Of a stretch of 64,000 nt of DNA, positions 57,293 to 64,000 are shown one piece after another. How positions within the stretch are numbered: the first letter of the stretch is position 1; each line of letters starts with the position of its first letter. The stretch covers positions 72,239 through 136,238 of the forward strand of contig CAJTSR010000003.1 of assembly GCA_910579035.1 (NCBI GenBank), in the 5' to 3' direction. Source of the DNA: an uncultured Muribaculaceae bacterium. GTDB taxonomy: Bacteria; Bacteroidota; Bacteroidia; Bacteroidales; Muribaculaceae. Position numbers and translations under genes: made by a program. The notes beneath the pieces were generated by a model. The model was not told the origin of the DNA, did not search any database, and was given only the letters and a program-made list of their open reading frames with translations.

Positions 57293-58183
57293 ATGAACAC
57301 TTCCGATACCCCGACGATGAATGACTATTACAGACTTGACATAAGCATCAAGCCTGCCAGTACAGATGCCTGCGACCTTGCTGCCGATTCGCTCGCAGCC
57401 ATAGGCTTCGAGAGTTTTGAACAACCTGAGGAAGCAGGCGGGGCCTCTATGACGGCGTATGTGCCGGCTCCGCTATTCGATGCGGAAGCGGCACGGGAGG
57501 CTCTTGCAGAAATAGAGCCTTTGGCCGTGGCTGATTTCGAGGCCGTGTTCGTGAAAGGGCGCGACTGGAATTCGGAGTGGGAGAAAAATTACTTCAAGCC
57601 CATTCTTGTGGCAGGACGCGTGGCGGTACACAGCAGTTTCCACACCGATGTGCCGCCTGCTGAGTTCGATATAGTTATCGATCCCAAAATGGCGTTCGGC
57701 ACCGGCCACCACGCCACTACCACGCTTATGATGAAAGCCTTGCTTTCGGGCAACATAGCCGGAGCCTCTGTGATAGACATGGGAACGGGCACTGGCATAC
57801 TCGCCATTCTGGCATCAATGCTCGGCGCGGCAGAAGTGGCCGCTGTGGAGATAGATCCTTTTGCCGCTGCCAATGCAGCCGACAATGTGGCGCTCAACCT
57901 CGGCAATGGTTATGAGGTGGAGGTGTTGGAGGGCGATGAGTCGGCTCTTGGTAATATCGAGTTCAAGGCCGATGTTTTCCTTGCCAATATCAACAGGAAT
58001 GTTATCACCGCCGATATCGAAGCATACGCGGCCGCATTGAAGAAGGGCGGGCGCCTCGTGGTGAGCGGCTTTTATGTGGCAGACCGAGAGATAGTGGCCG
58101 AAGCAGCGGCCAGAGCCGGGTTCGATGCCGACGGGGTTGATGAGTTCGACGGCTGGTCGTCGATGCAGTTCGTGAAGCGATGA
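57293..58183 (+). CDS. prmA: Ribosomal protein L11 methyltransferase
   Basis: DWNSEW, DPKMAFGTGHH, DMGTGTGIL, LANINRN. Confidence 0.95.
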   Translation: MNTSDTPTMNDYYRLDISIKPASTDACDLAADSLAAIGFESFEQPEEAGGASMTAYVPAPLFDAEAAREALAEIEPLAVADFEAVFVKGRDWNSEWEKNYFKPILVAGRVAVHSSFHTDVPPAEFDIVIDPKMAFGTGHHATTTLMMKALLSGNIAGASVIDMGTGTGILAILASMLGAAEVAAVEIDPFAAANAADNVALNLGNGYEVEVLEGDESALGNIEFKADVFLANINRNVITADIEAYAAALKKGGRLVVSGFYVADREIVAEAAARAGFDADGVDEFDGWSSMQFVKR

Positions 58184-58722
58184 CGGCGAGGCGGTTTATA
58201 GCGTTGGCTCTTGTGGCCTTGTTCGTGCCTATATTCGCCTCTGCAGCAGAGAAAGGCGGCAAGGTGAAGACGCATTTTGCGTGGGGTGCCGACTTCGGAG
58301 CCTCGATTGACTTGGGCGGCGACGAGATGACCTGCATAGACTTCGATGTGATGTTCGGCATGCGTCGTGGCTGGATAAAGTTTCTCGGCATAGGTGCGCA
58401 GGCCGATATCATGGTGAGTAATTCCTGCCGGTCGTTCCCGCTGTATGCGGAGTTCCGCACAAATTTCAGGAATAGCCCGTCGATTCTTTTCTGGGACTTG
58501 AAGTTAGGCGCGTCGCTAAATTATTTGGAGCATAACCACCAGCAGACAGGTCTTTTCGGCTTCACGGGTCTGGGCGTGAATCTTGCGCGTGGCCGCAGTT
58601 TCAGCTCGCACATAGTGGCCGGCTATACATTCAGGCAGCGCCGCACAGTGGTGGGCGATGAAATGATACACGACTTCAAGGATATACACTATGCGTCGAT
58701 TCGCATCGGCGTGCTCTTCTGA
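58180..58722 (+). CDS. Putative outer-membrane beta-barrel protein
   Basis: Signal peptide, alternating beta strands, C-terminal RIGVLF. Confidence 0.65.
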   Translation: MTARRFIALALVALFVPIFASAAEKGGKVKTHFAWGADFGASIDLGGDEMTCIDFDVMFGMRRGWIKFLGIGAQADIMVSNSCRSFPLYAEFRTNFRNSPSILFWDLKLGASLNYLEHNHQQTGLFGFTGLGVNLARGRSFSSHIVAGYTFRQRRTVVGDEMIHDFKDIHYASIRIGVLF

Positions 58723-58742
58723 GAACACACCCTGTAAAAGAT

Positions 58743-58776
58743 TTACCCCTGCCTCAGTTGTCTGAAGCAGGGGTAA
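58743..58776. terminator. Hairpin between convergent genes
   Basis: TTACCCCTGC...GCAGGGGTAA. Confidence 0.7.
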
Positions 58777-58855
58777 TTGCTTTTAAAAATCTGTTTGACG
58801 GAATCGTTTTTCGCAAGAAAACGCGGCATGCCTCCGTAGGAACTACGCGTCTTTT

Positions 58856-60049
58856 TTATGACAGTTTCGCCAGAGCTGCGGCTATTCGGCGCATTGCCTC
58901 CACGATGTTTTCATCGCTTGTGGCATAGCTGAGGCGAATGTATCCGGGAGCGCAGAATGCAGCGCCGTCGACAGTGGCCACATGGGCTTCGTCGAGGAGG
59001 TACATGGCAAGGTCGCCGGAGTCTTTTATCACACGGTCGCCGAAGCTTCGTCCGATGTACGCGCTCACTTCGGGGAAGAGGTAGAATGCGCCTTGCGGTT
59101 CGTTGACGCCGAGTCCGGGTATTTCGCGGGCGAGGCGCACCACGAGGTCGCGGCGGCGCTCAAATGCGCGACGCATTTCTTCAACACAGTCCTGCGGGCC
59201 GGTGTAGGCAGCCTCTGCCGCCTTTTGGGCAATCGAGGAGGCGCCCGATGTGAACTGCCCCTGAAGCTTGGTCACAGCCTTGGCAATTTCGAGAGGAGCG
59301 GCGCAATAGCCGATGCGCCAGCCGGTCATGGCGTAAGCCTTGGACACGCCGTTGATTACCACTGTGCGGTCGGCTATCTCGGGGAAAGATGCCAGGGACA
59401 CGAAGTCGCCGCCGGTATAGTTGATATGCTCGTATATCTCATCGGCGATTACGAGTACCTGCGGATAGCGGGCAAGGACGTCGACGAGGCTCTGAAGTTC
59501 TTCGCGGGTGTACACGCTGCCGGTTGGATTCGACGGCGAGCAGAGTATTATCGCAGTGGTGCGCGGTGTGATGGCAGCTTCGAGCTGTGCCGGGGTAATC
59601 TTGAAGTTCTGTTCAAGTCCTGTGGGCACGAGCACGCTTTTGCCCTCGGCGAGTTTCACCATCTCCACATAGCTTACCCATGCCGGAGTGGGGATTATAA
59701 CTTCGTCGCCGGGTGCCACCGTCGCCATTATGACATTGCACAGAGAGTGCTTTGCTCCGTTGCCTACCACAATCTGGGTCGGCTCGAACGAAAGACCGTT
59801 TTCGCGGCTCAGTTTGTCGGCAATGGCCTTGCGGAGGCTCATATAGCCCGGAACGGGGCTGTAGAAGCTGTAATTTTCCTCGATGGCTTTGATGCCGGCC
59901 TGCTTGATGTGGTCCGGGGTGTTGAAGTCGGGTTCGCCAACGGAGAGGTTGATTATGTCGATGCCCTGAGCCTTGAGTTCTGCGCTTTTTTGCGACATCG
60001 CCAGGGTCTGCGATACTGCAAGTGCTTTGACGCGCGGTGAAATTGCCAT
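58856..60049 (-). CDS. Class I/II PLP aminotransferase (aspartate aminotransferase)
   Basis: GEPDF, SPSNPTG, DEIY, SKAYAMTGWRIG. Confidence 0.93.
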   Translation of the reverse strand: MAISPRVKALAVSQTLAMSQKSAELKAQGIDIINLSVGEPDFNTPDHIKQAGIKAIEENYSFYSPVPGYMSLRKAIADKLSRENGLSFEPTQIVVGNGAKHSLCNVIMATVAPGDEVIIPTPAWVSYVEMVKLAEGKSVLVPTGLEQNFKITPAQLEAAITPRTTAIILCSPSNPTGSVYTREELQSLVDVLARYPQVLVIADEIYEHINYTGGDFVSLASFPEIADRTVVINGVSKAYAMTGWRIGYCAAPLEIAKAVTKLQGQFTSGASSIAQKAAEAAYTGPQDCVEEMRRAFERRRDLVVRLAREIPGLGVNEPQGAFYLFPEVSAYIGRSFGDRVIKDSGDLAMYLLDEAHVATVDGAAFCAPGYIRLSYATSDENIVEAMRRIAAALAKLS

Positions 60050-60088
60050 TTTATTCAGGCTATTTTATTTAGAAGGTGTTGATTATAT

Positions 60089-62143
60089 TTATCGGCGGCG
60101 GTTCTGCTGGCGCTGTGCGGCCTGTGCCTGGCGCTGTGCTTCTTCGAGGCGAGCCATCCAGCCGCTTTTCTTGCGGGGCTTCTTCTGGTTGGCAAGCATC
60201 TGCTCGCGCACCTTGTTCTCGTCGGTGAAGTGGCGGAATGCCCATGTCTGGATTATCGTTATGAGCAGCGACACGAGGTAGTAGTAGCTCAGGCCCGATG
60301 CGTAATCGTTGAATATGAAGAGGAACATCACGGGCATGATGTACTGCATCATCTTCATTCCGGGCATATTCTGGCCGCCGGGCTGCGACTGCATGCTTAC
60401 GTGCATATACACGATGTTGACTATTGTCATAAGCAGGCAGAAGAGGCTTACGTGGTTGCCGTAGAAGGGAATTGAGAAGGGCAGGGTGAATATGGCATCG
60501 GGAGCCGACAGGTCGTGAGCCCAAAGGAAGGACTGGCCGCGCAGCTCGATGGCCGAGGGGAAGAAGGAGAACATGGCAATCAGCACGGGCATCTGGAGCA
60601 GCATCGGAAGGCAGCCCGAGAAAGGACTTGCCCCGGCGCGGCTGTAGAGCGACATCGTTTCCTGCTGGCGCTTCATTGCATTCTCCTGTCCGGGATATTT
60701 GTCGTTGATTTCCTTGATTTCAGGAGCGAGAACGCGCATTTTGGCCTGACTCTTGAAGCTCTTGAAAGTGAAGGGGAAGATTATAATCTTGATAAAGATT
60801 GTAAGCAGCAATATGATAATGCCGTAATTGCTTATGAACGAGCCAAGGAATGTGAAGGTGGGTATCACGATGAGGGTGTTGACCCAGCGGAATATGCCCC
60901 AGCCCAGCGGAATGAGGCGTGTGAGCGAGAGGTCTTCGTCGTGGTTGAGGGTGTCGTCGAGCTTGCTGAGCAAGGGATAGTCGTTGGGCCCGAAGTAGAA
61001 GTCGAAGCTTGCTGCAGTACCGTCGGCGGGAGTGTAGGGCACTGTTGCCGCCATGGTCATATCCTTGAGGTACTTGTCGTTTTTGATGTCTACGGAGCTG
61101 AGCTCGGCTGATGTCAGCGGCTCTTTTGCGATGAGCACGCTGGAGAAGAACTGGTTCTTGAATGCCACCCAGCGCAGGCGGCCGTTAAGGCTCTTGTTGT
61201 CGTCGCCGCTGGCGCTCATTTCGTCAACGCCTTCGCCGACATATTTGTACGCGATGGCGCTGTTGCGTTCTTCGAATGTGCGGCCAAGCTCGTTGCGTGC
61301 CATTTTCTGGTGCCAGTCCATTTCCATATTCACGGTGTTGGCAGGCAGGATGGCGTCCATTCCTTTCTGCACCACTTCCATACGGACGGTGTATGTGTCG
61401 GACAGTGTGTAGCGTATGCCCCACATGGCGCCGTCGGCAGGCGACATTGACAGCAGCACGGCGCTGTCGCCTTCTGCCGTTACATCGAAGTTGAAGTCGC
61501 GGGTGTCGAGGCGCTGGTCTTTGGTGTTGAAGCGAAACGAGTAGGAGTCGGTGTCACCGCCGAAGAGTATTATGTTGGCCGGTTCCGGGCCTACTTCGGT
61601 CTGGTATTTTTTCAGTTCTACCGACGAAATCAGCGCCCCACGGCTGTCGACGGTGAGTTTCACTACTTCGTTTTCGAGAGTCGTGGCAGTGCTTTCGCCG
61701 CCAAGATAGCGGGCGAAACCTTCGTATTTTACGGCATTGTCGATAAATGCGCGTATTGCCTGCGCTGCCTTGGCGCTCTGTGCTGCCGTGAGTGAGGCTT
61801 TGTTGGCGAGGACGTCGCGAATGTCGGCTTTGGCACCTCCTGCGCTGACGGTGCCGCTAAGTCCGTTCTCGTTGTCGAGGCTGAGGTCGAGATTATTGTC
61901 GGAGAAAGAGATGGCATTGTCGGCTGTTTTTCCCATCGCGCGTACGGCGCCTGCGAGAGCCGAGCTGTCGGCGGCGGTAAAGGGCACGACAGTGGGGGTG
62001 TTCTTCGATTCGGTCTGTGCGCGGGCCTGTTCGCTGCGTTCGCGTTCGGCCGCTATCTCGGCCTCGCTCGGTTTGCTCAGGTAGAGGAAGCCGAACATTA
62101 TTGCGCCCATCAGCACGAGGCCCCAGAGTGTATTTTTATCCAT
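60089..62143 (-). CDS. yidC: Membrane protein insertase
   Basis: YFGP, NYGIIILLLT, GCLPMLLQMP, FLWAHDLSAPD, SGLSYYY. Confidence 0.96.
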   Translation of the reverse strand: MDKNTLWGLVLMGAIMFGFLYLSKPSEAEIAAERERSEQARAQTESKNTPTVVPFTAADSSALAGAVRAMGKTADNAISFSDNNLDLSLDNENGLSGTVSAGGAKADIRDVLANKASLTAAQSAKAAQAIRAFIDNAVKYEGFARYLGGESTATTLENEVVKLTVDSRGALISSVELKKYQTEVGPEPANIILFGGDTDSYSFRFNTKDQRLDTRDFNFDVTAEGDSAVLLSMSPADGAMWGIRYTLSDTYTVRMEVVQKGMDAILPANTVNMEMDWHQKMARNELGRTFEERNSAIAYKYVGEGVDEMSASGDDNKSLNGRLRWVAFKNQFFSSVLIAKEPLTSAELSSVDIKNDKYLKDMTMAATVPYTPADGTAASFDFYFGPNDYPLLSKLDDTLNHDEDLSLTRLIPLGWGIFRWVNTLIVIPTFTFLGSFISNYGIIILLLTIFIKIIIFPFTFKSFKSQAKMRVLAPEIKEINDKYPGQENAMKRQQETMSLYSRAGASPFSGCLPMLLQMPVLIAMFSFFPSAIELRGQSFLWAHDLSAPDAIFTLPFSIPFYGNHVSLFCLLMTIVNIVYMHVSMQSQPGGQNMPGMKMMQYIMPVMFLFIFNDYASGLSYYYLVSLLITIIQTWAFRHFTDENKVREQMLANQKKPRKKSGWMARLEEAQRQAQAAQRQQNRRR

Positions 62144-62167
62144 TTTATCTTTTGAGATATGGTTGTT

Positions 62168-63998
<1,831 letters not shown>

Positions 63999-64000
63999 AA

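Overview
Bacteroidales DNA (probably Muribaculaceae-like, judged from gene content, TAnnTTTG promoters and a T9SS-type C-terminal domain). Positions 1-29.0 kb hold a large polysaccharide utilization locus (PUL): SusC/SusD, an Ig-repeat lipoprotein, two alginate-lyase-like proteins, a tandem pair of beta-helix glycosidases, SGNH and alpha/beta esterase candidates, a heparinase II/III-like lyase, GH127/146, GH30, GH97, GH43, GH88, DUF4861, mannose-6-P isomerase and a ROK kinase. Two AT-rich reverse-strand inserts interrupt the PUL. The larger (12.5-14.0 kb) is a three-gene operon that looks like a toxin-antitoxin-SecB chaperone (TAC) module with an atypical, N-terminally extended RelE/HigB-like toxin; this is the best candidate for a new system. 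Positions 29-64 kb are mostly housekeeping (rpmB-rpmG-DUF4295, parC, adk, hpt, dxs, trkAH, glycyl-tRNA synthetase, rplU-rpmA, purA, prmA, yidC, pyrG). Non-coding observations include a dispersed promoter-carrying repeat, candidate structured leaders upstream of rpmB and rplU, and a traceable tandem duplication with signal-peptide capture. No tRNA, rRNA, CRISPR array, transposase or integrase was seen. All calls are from motif reading by eye; no searches were run.
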